From a virus, in the IMG/VR virus record IMGVR_UViG_3300008952_001755, positions 7,361-71,360 of that record: a stretch of DNA of 64,000 nt. One strand, written 5' to 3'. The translations under genes were made by a program, and so were the position numbers. Shown one piece after another: positions 1-8,806 of this stretch. Under the pieces are notes generated by a model. That model did no database searches. It saw only the letters and a program-made list of their open reading frames with translations, and was not told the DNA's origin. Numbering within the stretch: the stretch's first letter is position 1; each line of letters opens with the position of its first letter.

Positions 1-298
1 CAGTATTGCCTACAGTAGAGGTGTCTACATTATTAATGTAAGAAAGCTCATCCTCATAGTCGGATGCGTTCTCCCTAGCACCCAGCGTGGGCTTAATGTC
101 CTGGATGATAAAATCATCAGTCGGGAGCTTCCCGTACTTCTCATAATGCTCCTTGACCTTACTAAAGATCTTAGAGTGAGAGGGGAACTCAAAGTAATCA
201 GGCTGAACCAGATTAATAATTTGTAGATAGAAATCTTTATTAGACTTCAAGAGGTAAAGGATACCCCTTTGAATGTTCTCGCTAAAATCGTAAGCCAT
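1..298 (-). CDS. Replicative DnaB/gp41-like helicase, N-terminal part (runs off window start)
   Basis: Hand-translated from ATG at 298: MAYDFSENIQRGILYLLKSNKDFYLQIINLVQPDYFEFPSHSKIFSKVKEHYEKYGKLPT..., open to the edge; resembles helicase N-termini (L-x-P-x-Y-F ... Y-x-K-Y-x-K-x-P-T); lies in the replication cluster. Confidence 0.7.
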   Translation of the reverse strand, partial: MAYDFSENIQRGILYLLKSNKDFYLQIINLVQPDYFEFPSHSKIFSKVKEHYEKYGKLPTDDFIIQDIKPTLGARENASDYEDELSYINNVDTSTVGNT

Positions 299-299
299 G

Positions 300-821
300 C
301 TAAGTTGGTTTGTTTTTGTTGGGTTTTGCTATATCTAGTTTAGTGCTACCAATGTCTTTATAGCCCATCTTGTTCGCTCTATCATAGGCTTCTTCGGTCA
401 GTTTTTTAGACCTTTCTATCTTATTTCTAGTCTCTCGCTCTCCCACTTTTTTAAGCCCTCTTGAGTCAGCGAATTTATCCCAGTCAACATTAGCAGACAA
501 ATAACGGAAAGATTCATCGTCTGTAGCTTCCTTGGTTTTCTTAATACTCTGGTGAAGCCACTTGTTTCCTGAGTCTTTATCGTAACCCTCCTTAAAATGC
601 TTATGATACCTGCGTCTTACCGTATGGAAATCTTGGACCCCTGGGTTATTCTGGTTTCCTGTCCCATCATCCTTAAAGGAAATTGCAACTTCTTGTTGCC
701 AGTATCTATTTGATAGCTTTTCACATTTAGGGCAACGGGTTCTATCAGGAGCCTTTCCGAAACGGCACTCCCTATCCCACCAAATGTTACACTCTCTACA
801 AATCCATTCGTATGTTGCCAT
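300..821 (-). CDS. FmdB-like zinc-ribbon protein
   Basis: N-terminal MATYEWICREC...CPKCEK matches the MPxYEYxCxxC...CPxC zinc-ribbon pattern. Confidence 0.6.
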   Translation of the reverse strand: MATYEWICRECNIWWDRECRFGKAPDRTRCPKCEKLSNRYWQQEVAISFKDDGTGNQNNPGVQDFHTVRRRYHKHFKEGYDKDSGNKWLHQSIKKTKEATDDESFRYLSANVDWDKFADSRGLKKVGERETRNKIERSKKLTEEAYDRANKMGYKDIGSTKLDIAKPNKNKPT

Positions 822-872
822 TCTTATTCCTCCCAGTTTGGGTCATCCTCAGTCGGCAAGTTCTCAAACTCC

Positions 873-2786
873 TCAGGCTCCACAATCTCCTCCTGCGAGG
901 GAACAAGCCTCCCCTGTTTGCAACTTAACCTCATAGTCTTCTGTCTCTTGAGATCCCATATGCTTTTCTATATTTTCCATAGATAAAGGGATAATTCTAA
1001 GAGGCTCATCTTCTTTAGACCCTGCACGGTAAACAGTAAGCCCCTTAAGATAGGGAGCGTAGTCTAATGCGGCTTGAGAAAACTCTTCAGGCGTTGAAGT
1101 ACTCGGTAAATTAATTGTTTTTGATATACAGGAGTCGATAAATTTCTGTACCGTAGCCTGTACTTTGATGTGGTCCTCTGGAGGTACATCATACGCTCCA
1201 ACGAAGGCTGTGAGGGATTTTTCCTGGTCATAGTATTCTTGAAATAACGGGTCAACAACTAATTTCTCTTTCCAAATATTGTTATGCCTATAACGGCGGT
1301 TATACATAGCAGAAAAGATAGGCTCGATACCTGAACTAACCCCGTGGAGCATTGAGATAGTGCCGCAAGGAGGAATAGTGAGCATAACAGCATTTCGAAT
1401 CCCGTGTCGTTTGATAAGCATTCTAATACGAGCAGGGAGAGTTTTTGCGAAATCTTCTTCAAGATATTTTTTATAATCAAACTCTGGGAAGGGAGCCTTG
1501 TCCCTTGACAGGTATATAGACATCTTATAGGCTTCATCTCTGATAGTACTGAATAATCTTTCTAAAAATTCTAGGCAGGACTCGCTACCGTACCGTAAGC
1601 CTAGTTTAATTAACATATAATGTAGTCCAGTTACCCCCAACCCAATCCTGCGGGAACGCTCTCCTACCTTCTTACACTCTTCTGTTGGAAAAGTATTTAT
1701 TGTTAAGACATTATCTAGAAACCTAACACCATTTCTGACAGTCTTTGCCAAGCGTTTCCAATCCAAATCACGGCCATCATCAAGTACCATATTAGAAAGA
1801 TTGATATTGCCCAGACAACAATTTCCATAAGACGGTAAGGAAATTTCACCACACGGATTCGTTGAATCCAATTTTTCAAAGTACGAAACATTAGTATACT
1901 TATTGGCTAAATCAATATTATATATGCCTGGATCACCAGACTCTACAGAATTCTTCCAGATCATATCCCACAATTCTCGGGCTTTAATATCCCTTTGACC
2001 CACCACCTCCAAAGTATCGGCCCACTCAACCTTATAAAAATTTTCAGCACGGGCTAAAGCATCCTCTTCATCAAATCCTAATACTCGGATTCCCTCCACT
2101 CTATCTGGTCCCCTCCTTACAATATCAAAGGAGTGATACTCCTTATTGTTGAAAGTAAAATACCAATCCTCTCCAAATTCAACAGCCTCAAGGAAACGGT
2201 TAGTAATAGCTACAGAAATATTAAAATTATTAAGCTCACCCTTGTCTAACTTAACACTCAGGAATTCCATGAGGTCTGGGTGGTTGATATTCAGAATGCC
2301 CATAAGAGCGGTGCGCCTATTCTTTCCCGCTCGTACATGATTACCCACTTCATTGATCATTTGAAGAACCGACACAGCCCCAGGAGCAGAGGTCTTTACG
2401 CTACCAATATCATCTCCCTTAGGACGAATCTTAGATACATTAAAACCTACTCCCCCTCCAGCGCAAGAAATCTTATACATATCCTGTACAGTTTTTCCAA
2501 TTGAATCCACATTATCCTCAGGGACAATAACATAACAATTGAGAAGATTATGATGACCCCGACTCCTACCAGCACCAAATATAATCCTCCCACCAGGAAT
2601 AAGATCACCAGATCCAATGGATTCGTAAAATAGTTTCTCAATTTTTTCCTTGTCCTCGTCACTCTCAGCGGAAGCCACAGTTTTGGCAATTACTTTAGCT
2701 CTCTCTGACCATTTTGTTTCTCCTGGGTAAGCGTACCTGCTTTCAAAAATTTCTTGTCCTATGCCTTTTAGAGTTGTATTAACCAT
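873..2786 (-). CDS. nrdJ: Class II (adenosylcobalamin-dependent) ribonucleotide reductase
   Basis: PGGRI, LLNCYV, GGGVG, TNPCGEISL, CCLGNINL, RRIGLGVTGL, TIPPCGTIS, SSGIEP, ISKTINLP, KGLTVYRAGS motifs; C-terminal Cys pair; no adjacent beta-subunit gene. Confidence 0.85.
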   Translation of the reverse strand: MVNTTLKGIGQEIFESRYAYPGETKWSERAKVIAKTVASAESDEDKEKIEKLFYESIGSGDLIPGGRIIFGAGRSRGHHNLLNCYVIVPEDNVDSIGKTVQDMYKISCAGGGVGFNVSKIRPKGDDIGSVKTSAPGAVSVLQMINEVGNHVRAGKNRRTALMGILNINHPDLMEFLSVKLDKGELNNFNISVAITNRFLEAVEFGEDWYFTFNNKEYHSFDIVRRGPDRVEGIRVLGFDEEDALARAENFYKVEWADTLEVVGQRDIKARELWDMIWKNSVESGDPGIYNIDLANKYTNVSYFEKLDSTNPCGEISLPSYGNCCLGNINLSNMVLDDGRDLDWKRLAKTVRNGVRFLDNVLTINTFPTEECKKVGERSRRIGLGVTGLHYMLIKLGLRYGSESCLEFLERLFSTIRDEAYKMSIYLSRDKAPFPEFDYKKYLEEDFAKTLPARIRMLIKRHGIRNAVMLTIPPCGTISMLHGVSSGIEPIFSAMYNRRYRHNNIWKEKLVVDPLFQEYYDQEKSLTAFVGAYDVPPEDHIKVQATVQKFIDSCISKTINLPSTSTPEEFSQAALDYAPYLKGLTVYRAGSKEDEPLRIIPLSMENIEKHMGSQETEDYEVKLQTGEACSLAGGDCGA

Positions 2787-2787
2787 T

Positions 2788-4374
2788 TTATTTTCCTGTT
2801 AGTCTAGAAATACCGTTGGTCTTTATTATAGTGAGGGTCCTTGCATTATCCATTAGGGATTTGAGATAATTATTGTGCGTAATTACGAACAAACTCTTCT
2901 CTTTCTTTAATTCAGACAGTAGTATGTAGAGTCCTTCCAGCCCTTCTTGATCAAGATTTTCAGCAACTTCATCGAAAAACATGAGGTTTGTTTTTTGATT
3001 GTGAGAAATCTTCAAAAGCTCCTGCAACCCCAGCATGACAGACAAACTAATCTTCTTTTTCTCCCCTCCAGACAGAGAGATATACTGGATCCCTTTCTTG
3101 TTATGGGTGACAGTTTCCTTCAAGCTCTCGTCAAACTCTATAAAAAACTTGCCTTGTGATAGGTGGGATAGATAGAAGTTTACCTTAGCGTTAAAGTAAT
3201 CTAACACATTCTTGATAATGTATTTAACTATACCTGATTCAGAGAATGCCTTCTCCCAGAATCGCATGATCTCATACTTACTGTTGTACTCCTGCTTAAC
3301 ATCGTGAGATTCTTGAATCTTAGCAAGGGTGTCAGTCTTAATATCCTCAAAGGTTTCAGCCTCCTTCTTGAGTTGGTTGTACTCAATGATTTGGTGGTAC
3401 TCAGTAGAGCTAATGGGTACATCCTTTATTTCTTCTCTGTACTTTACTTTATCTGCTTCATGTTCAATAACATACCCCCTACACTCTTCTATTTCAAGCG
3501 CAAGTCTTTTGGGATGAAACGGAGCATCGACAGGTTGACCACACACATCACAGTAATCACGCTTCTCGGGCTCATGTAACTTAGAAGTTAGGTGTGAGAT
3601 CCTATCTTCTAACGCACCAATCTCCTTATTAGAAGCTGCTATCTTCCAATCAATAGAGGTGTTATCATTCTCTAGCTTTATAACCTCAGGAAGAGATAGG
3701 GATAAGGTAGACTCATCATATACCCCCTCTACTTCTTTTCGTAAATTATTTAGGACTTTTAATTTACTATCGTAGGACTTTATGCTCTTTTCATGCTCCT
3801 GAATAATAGCGTCCTGCTTTCTGACCGTCTGGGAGAATTGGGATTTCAAATGCTTAACAGATTCCCTAAGTGAAAACAGATCATCCAAGTTCAGGAAATT
3901 CTTAATGATAGTTCTCTTGTCCTCTGGGGTAGCGTTGATGAACTCAATATTATTTTGCTGCCCGAACACGGTAGACGCTAAGAATACTTTATAGTTTGTT
4001 TGGAGAAGCTCATCAATAAATGCTTGAGTATTCAATGCATTGTCTCTAGTGATCTCCTTGTCTCCCTTATGCAAGCGTAAGAATACAGGCTTCTTGCCCC
4101 TCTCAATTACAATATCATCATTGACCGTAATTTTAACAGAGCAATCCTTCTTCACCTTGTTATTAATTAAAGCTTCTTCAGTAGACTTGCGAATAGTCTT
4201 ACCAAAGAGACCCCATACTACAGCTTCAACTAAAACACTCTTGCCTGATCCGTTGCTGCCTTTTGTATCCTTATTCTTCCCCTCAATTAAAACAATGCCT
4301 TTATACTTATCAAAGTTTAATGTAACATTTTTTATAGAGTAAAAGTTATTAATTTCTATCTTGTTGATTTTCAT
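2788..4374 (-). CDS. SbcC/Rad50-like recombination ATPase (T4 gp46-like)
   Basis: Walker A GSNGSGKS, zinc hook CDVCGQ, signature LSGGEKK, Walker B FFDEV, VITH. Confidence 0.92.
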   Translation of the reverse strand: MKINKIEINNFYSIKNVTLNFDKYKGIVLIEGKNKDTKGSNGSGKSVLVEAVVWGLFGKTIRKSTEEALINNKVKKDCSVKITVNDDIVIERGKKPVFLRLHKGDKEITRDNALNTQAFIDELLQTNYKVFLASTVFGQQNNIEFINATPEDKRTIIKNFLNLDDLFSLRESVKHLKSQFSQTVRKQDAIIQEHEKSIKSYDSKLKVLNNLRKEVEGVYDESTLSLSLPEVIKLENDNTSIDWKIAASNKEIGALEDRISHLTSKLHEPEKRDYCDVCGQPVDAPFHPKRLALEIEECRGYVIEHEADKVKYREEIKDVPISSTEYHQIIEYNQLKKEAETFEDIKTDTLAKIQESHDVKQEYNSKYEIMRFWEKAFSESGIVKYIIKNVLDYFNAKVNFYLSHLSQGKFFIEFDESLKETVTHNKKGIQYISLSGGEKKKISLSVMLGLQELLKISHNQKTNLMFFDEVAENLDQEGLEGLYILLSELKKEKSLFVITHNNYLKSLMDNARTLTIIKTNGISRLTGK

Positions 4375-5368
4375 GAATCAGTTTCAATCCAGAAAGGAGA
4401 TCTTCTTTATTAATCTTTGTTTTACTTGAGTTAATATAGTAATCAATTAACTCATCATTGAGGGCAGTTGTAAACTCTCTGCCATCAGTTTCAAACTCTT
4501 CTTTGTCATCCAATAAGGGTTTATACTTAACCTCAATAGATCCAACCTCTAGTTTATCACACAGGTCTGCTATGCGGTCTTGATCTTCATCAATTGTATT
4601 GATATTAATTCTTAGTAAAGTAAAGTATGTGCCATTACCCTCATCATTAATCCAATCCAGATTATCCTCTACATTGTCATAGTCTATAACTAAGTGTCTC
4701 GGTCCCCACCTGGAGGGTAACTTATCCAGCCTGTTTTCGTCCAGTACCCCGTAGAAGCAGTCCTTTCCAGCTTCTCCAAAGTTTGTAGAGTAGGGGGTTC
4801 CGAGGACGGAGACTGATCCATTCCTACCTTCTTTGTGAATGTGCCCAAGAATTGTAGGGTTTTTAAAATCGGATATAGACAAGCTAAAATCAGCATCCCC
4901 AGCAGAGTTAAGCACCCCATAATAACCAAAGTGACCGAACACAGTATAACCCTCAGGGGCAGAAGTAAGTTCCTTTTTAATTTTTTGTTCATCTTCATAG
5001 TGTGGGATAAACACCCACTTATTTAGGTTATCAATGTAAGTATGGGTTATTACTTTTATCATGTCACTCTCTAAGAGAGTTAAAGCAGTAACTCCATCAT
5101 CGGACTTGTTTACACTATCATGGTTCCCTCGTAGGATAAAAACCTGTTTTGTCCTGCTCACCTCATCCATCACTTCCTTCAAGGCTAGTAGTACTGCGGG
5201 TCTTGGGTTCCTGTGCATCATAAGGTCGCCCAAAAATATAACCTTAGAACAATTGTTATTATCTCTACAAATTTGGAGTACGGCTTTCTTCTGAGCAGCA
5301 AGCAACCCTACAGGCTTGTCCTCGAAATGCAAGTCTCCAATTACAAGAGTTTTCATACTTCTTACCAT
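4349..5368 (-). CDS. SbcD/Mre11-like nuclease (T4 gp47-like); start possibly at the second Met (MKTLVIGDLH)
   Basis: Metallophosphoesterase motifs GDLH, LGD, GNHD, GHIH; adjacent to the gp46-like gene. Confidence 0.9.
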   Translation of the reverse strand: MVRSMKTLVIGDLHFEDKPVGLLAAQKKAVLQICRDNNNCSKVIFLGDLMMHRNPRPAVLLALKEVMDEVSRTKQVFILRGNHDSVNKSDDGVTALTLLESDMIKVITHTYIDNLNKWVFIPHYEDEQKIKKELTSAPEGYTVFGHFGYYGVLNSAGDADFSLSISDFKNPTILGHIHKEGRNGSVSVLGTPYSTNFGEAGKDCFYGVLDENRLDKLPSRWGPRHLVIDYDNVEDNLDWINDEGNGTYFTLLRININTIDEDQDRIADLCDKLEVGSIEVKYKPLLDDKEEFETDGREFTTALNDELIDYYINSSKTKINKEDLLSGLKLIHENQQDRN

Positions 5369-5562
5369 TTATCTATCGGACACCTTTCAGTCTCCATCTT
5401 AGTTTTATATTTTAATACGCACCCACAAAGAGAACATTTTCCTGAGGAGAAATGCTCACAGAGTTTACAAATTTGCATACGATCTTCAGCCGAGTAAGAT
5501 ACACGGCAACCACCAACGGCCCAGCAGTAAACAGCCTTTATTAATCTAAATAATCTCCTCAT
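5362..5562 (-). CDS. Small Cys-rich (zinc-binding) protein, 66 aa
   Basis: Start trimmed to ATG 5562 to avoid a long thyX overlap; RMQICKLCEH...CSLCGC...CPIDKW pattern. Confidence 0.6.
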   Translation of the reverse strand: MRRLFRLIKAVYCWAVGGCRVSYSAEDRMQICKLCEHFSSGKCSLCGCVLKYKTKMETERCPIDKW

Positions 5563-6235
5563 GATAACATAATGCATCCCAACTAATAGGAAACAATTCA
5601 GACATAATTTTTCCAATAGCCCTGGCGTACTCCTGTGTCTCCCATTGAGTATGCTCTTCTGTCCTAAGTTTATATAGGTGATGCCACCCGAGGAGGGTGC
5701 CTGTAGTAACCGTTGTGGTAAACATAGCTTGAGGAAGAACCATTCTAGCTTGTTCTGGGCAGACACCTAGCTCAAGCATTGTATTATAGGTAGCTGCTGC
5801 CTTACAATAAAGAGCATCTACCTTATCATCTACAAGAATAGCGTCATCATTTGATAAACCCCCTTCTATACTCCCCTGCTTTATGTTGAGGGGTCTCTCC
5901 CGCCACTCGTTAGCCATAGGGTAATAAAAATCTGGGTCAGAATCAATGTACCGTCTTGATACTTCACTCCAAGAGAACCCTACTTGGTGCTTACCTAACT
6001 GACGCAGTACAAAAAGAGGAGCATGGATGCGTAAAGTACATACAGGGTGGCGAAACGGGAGAAAGTGTCCATGTTCTGCCAAGTAGTTGATAAGTTTCCC
6101 ATCTTTATCAGGATCATAGCTCTCATGTTCTTTATCAAAGGAACACCTCGCTGCATTTACTACTAGTAAATCTCCGTCTTCTGTGTGGCTCATCAATTCA
6201 ACTGAACCTTTATATAATATATGTTTTACTTCCAT
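5546..6235 (-). CDS. thyX: Flavin-dependent thymidylate synthase
   Basis: VVNAARCSF, H-x-x-PFRH, RQLGKHQVGFSWSEVSRRY, EQARMVLPQ, HTQWE motifs. Confidence 0.92.
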   Translation of the reverse strand: MEVKHILYKGSVELMSHTEDGDLLVVNAARCSFDKEHESYDPDKDGKLINYLAEHGHFLPFRHPVCTLRIHAPLFVLRQLGKHQVGFSWSEVSRRYIDSDPDFYYPMANEWRERPLNIKQGSIEGGLSNDDAILVDDKVDALYCKAAATYNTMLELGVCPEQARMVLPQAMFTTTVTTGTLLGWHHLYKLRTEEHTQWETQEYARAIGKIMSELFPISWDALCYHEEII

Positions 6236-7317
6236 AATACAGGGACTCCATTTTCAAACTGAACTTCTTTACCATCACCAAAAGACTTGCCAACCTCTGC
6301 GTCAATCGCAAGAGGCACATCAAAATGGATATTAAAAATCTCCTTGATCTTAGGGTAATTAACCATTTCATCGTAGAGGATAGTGAGTGTATCTTTCACC
6401 TCTTCTTGAGGACAAACAATCTCAATCGAGTCATGCACCGTAGCTACTGGCTTGGCTTGGAGTCCTGCCTCCTTGAAGCGTTCCGAAGCTCCTAGGAGAG
6501 AGGTCAGGAGTATGTCAGAGGCTGCACTCTGGATAGTAAAGTTTAGCCCCTGTCTTAGTGCCCTGTTAACGACCGAACGATCCCTGCTACCCACATCAGG
6601 TAGGTTACGCTTGCGCCCAAAAATAGTATAAGCATACCCATTATTTTTAATGAAGTTATTAACAAATTCCATGTAGGAAAAGATTCCAGGATAAACATTT
6701 TCATAGTCTCTAATAATTTTCTCTGCTCGGCGCATAGGGATGCCCACAGTCTCACTCAGATTAAAAGCTCCTCCACCATAGACGATTAGGAACGAAACCG
6801 TCTTAGCAATCTGGCGTTCCTGCTTACTAATTTTTTCTTTATTGAACAGCAACCTTGCGGTGTAGGTATGGAGATCTGCCCCTTGGTTGAATGCCAGTTG
6901 CATATTACCTTCCTTCGCAATATGAGATAGCACCCTCAGTTCCATGGCTGCGTAATCCGCAGCAATAAATGCCCAGTCCCCAGGGGCTCTGAAAAGGCTC
7001 CTAATGTTGTTCTTAGTTTCACGGGGTAAAGTATGGAAAGATACTCCCATCGCTTTCTGAGCGTTGTACGCAGCGCATGAGAGCCTTCCTGTGGAAGTAC
7101 CGTCAAAGCGGAAGTCCACGAAGACTTTATTCTTCTCATTATACGCAATAGCATTCTTAGTTCCCTCAATGTAAGTCTTGGTGAGCTTCTCAGACTTACG
7201 GAGATCCAACAGACCTTTCAGGAATTTCTTAGCTTCTTGAAGTTCTTCTGTTGTCTTGGAAGCAACAACAGACTTGCTTATCTTTTTCCCTTCGTCTCTA
7301 TGTTGCCACTTAGACAC
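6226..7317 (-). CDS. polA: Family A DNA polymerase, fragment 3 (distal thumb, palm, fingers)
   Basis: GTSTGRLS, motif A ADYAAMELRVL, motif B RQIAKTVSFLIVYG, NFTIQSAASDI, motif C TVHDSI; GTG start with GGAG about 10 nt upstream. Confidence 0.9.
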   Translation of the reverse strand: MSKWQHRDEGKKISKSVVASKTTEELQEAKKFLKGLLDLRKSEKLTKTYIEGTKNAIAYNEKNKVFVDFRFDGTSTGRLSCAAYNAQKAMGVSFHTLPRETKNNIRSLFRAPGDWAFIAADYAAMELRVLSHIAKEGNMQLAFNQGADLHTYTARLLFNKEKISKQERQIAKTVSFLIVYGGGAFNLSETVGIPMRRAEKIIRDYENVYPGIFSYMEFVNNFIKNNGYAYTIFGRKRNLPDVGSRDRSVVNRALRQGLNFTIQSAASDILLTSLLGASERFKEAGLQAKPVATVHDSIEIVCPQEEVKDTLTILYDEMVNYPKIKEIFNIHFDVPLAIDAEVGKSFGDGKEVQFENGVPVLWK

Positions 7318-7789
7318 GCTTCTCTAGCTCCGCATCAATATGTTCAAGAAGTAGTTTAAGTGTGGGGGCAGACACAGATGGTTTACCTTTGGCTGTTTTG
7401 TCAGGGGGATATAATCCCATAGCATTTTCTCTGGTGTAAAGAATTTCAATAAGGTCGTTGTTAGAAGAGAGGTTGTCTGTTTTTGTTACCCCTTTACAGG
7501 TGTATAGGAAATCCTCCTCGTCCATGTTAGTAGTTCGTAACTGCTTCCCAACGGAATCAAGGGTATCCATGTCAACATCCAACCCATTATACTCCATCTC
7601 TGCGAAAGTTTCAAGAGAGGGCATAACAACACCCTCTAGGAGCTTCATTACGGGCTCGTCCCCTAGCCTCTCCATGATGAGATCGAACAGCTTGAGGGTG
7701 AAGTAGGTATCCATCGCGTTGCCCTCACAGCAATCGGATAGATCCATGTTAGCCCAATCGAATTTTTTAGGATTGTCTATGGTCAGCAT
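7310..7789 (-). CDS. Family A DNA polymerase, fragment 2 (ExoIII region and proximal thumb)
   Basis: NAMDTYFTLKLF (ExoIII-like), MEYNGLDVD, NLSSNNDLIEILY, KTAKGKPSV correspond to PolA MExxGxxxD, NxxSxxQLxxxLF, KTxxGxxST. Confidence 0.82.
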   Translation of the reverse strand: MLTIDNPKKFDWANMDLSDCCEGNAMDTYFTLKLFDLIMERLGDEPVMKLLEGVVMPSLETFAEMEYNGLDVDMDTLDSVGKQLRTTNMDEEDFLYTCKGVTKTDNLSSNNDLIEILYTRENAMGLYPPDKTAKGKPSVSAPTLKLLLEHIDAELEKRV

Positions 7790-7822
7790 AGCTATATAAT
7801 AGAACCACTAGGGGTGATTTTT

Positions 7823-8806
7823 ATGAACGAATACGAAAGAATAGGAGAATCTATCTGGGATACCTATAGAAGTATTGGTGCTGTTTTAACTGAAGCTAGA
7901 CGCATGACTAGAAAAGAACTTAAAGATGTAGCTACTGAAGTTCATGGGACTACCGAAGAACCAAGTAAAATTGCTGCTGGTGCGGGGTATACTCCTAAGA
8001 GAACAAAAAAAGAAACTAGACGAGCGGAAAAGCGTGGAGCCACTCCACTATCCAAGGAAGATGTTGCTGGAATGTCCTCAGCAGACCTAGCACAAAATAT
8101 TAAACCTGGAATTAGAGGCCAAGCTAAACTCGTAGGAAGAGCTATAAAACAATGGCCGAAGAGAGGATACCTACAAAATATTCCTAAGATGGTAAGGACA
8201 ATGAAAAGAGATCCTGGTGAATTCCCAGCGGCAGTTTCCTTTTCAGCGGATCAAAGAACAGAAGGACAACCTGGGCACAAAACTAAGGCTAGACCTACTG
8301 CCGTTACGGGAAGAACTAGATTGGCTGTAGCGAGTACGACAGGTAAGGAAGCTCATGGTATAACTCTGCCATCAGAACGCTACGCAAGAAGCGCAGAAAG
8401 GCATAAAGACTGGGTTGATTCTGGGGGGAAGGCAAGAAGAGAAGCACAACTCGCAGCTAAAGGTAAAAAGTTAAGGGGACAAGACCCTAGAAATGAATCA
8501 GTTTTGAATACCTATAGAAGTATTGGTTATCTTATAGCTGAGATTGCTAGAGTGCCCAACCCCGAAGAACCTAAAGGGAACCCCAGAGTTTGGTCTGATG
8601 AGGAAAGAGAAGCGAGAAAGAAAAAGAGAGCGAAAAGGAAAAGTTTTGATGATGTTGTGAAACCCCCAAAACCCCCCGCAGCAAACCAACAGGTTCCTGG
8701 TATGTTTAATGTAGCTGGCGGTGTTAAGAAGTTTAAGGATTGGATTAAAAGAAAACTGTCTGGGAATAGCACCGAAGATGAACCTAAAGATCCTCCAACT
8801 CGTTAG
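7823..8806 (+). CDS. Basic (Lys/Arg-rich) protein, putative internal head protein; central part may be a degenerate ParB-like domain
   Basis: ATG 7823 follows AGGGGTG; two TYRSIGxxL/IxE motifs; VTGRTRL weakly resembles ParB xGxxRL; antisense to and between polymerase fragments. Confidence 0.6.
   Translation: MNEYERIGESIWDTYRSIGAVLTEARRMTRKELKDVATEVHGTTEEPSKIAAGAGYTPKRTKKETRRAEKRGATPLSKEDVAGMSSADLAQNIKPGIRGQAKLVGRAIKQWPKRGYLQNIPKMVRTMKRDPGEFPAAVSFSADQRTEGQPGHKTKARPTAVTGRTRLAVASTTGKEAHGITLPSERYARSAERHKDWVDSGGKARREAQLAAKGKKLRGQDPRNESVLNTYRSIGYLIAEIARVPNPEEPKGNPRVWSDEEREARKKKRAKRKSFDDVVKPPKPPAANQQVPGMFNVAGGVKKFKDWIKRKLSGNSTEDEPKDPPTR

Noticed and set aside
5563-5766. N-terminal half of the 134-aa ORF 5362..5766
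   Set aside because: Overlaps thyX in another frame; only the Cys-rich part from ATG 5562 looks like a real protein
7790-8790. Group I intron, homing endonuclease or split intein explaining the polA interruption
   Set aside because: The interval is fully occupied by an antisense ORF lacking HNH, GIY-YIG or LAGLIDADG motifs; fragment ends lack intein C/S...HN signatures; no non-coding core is available
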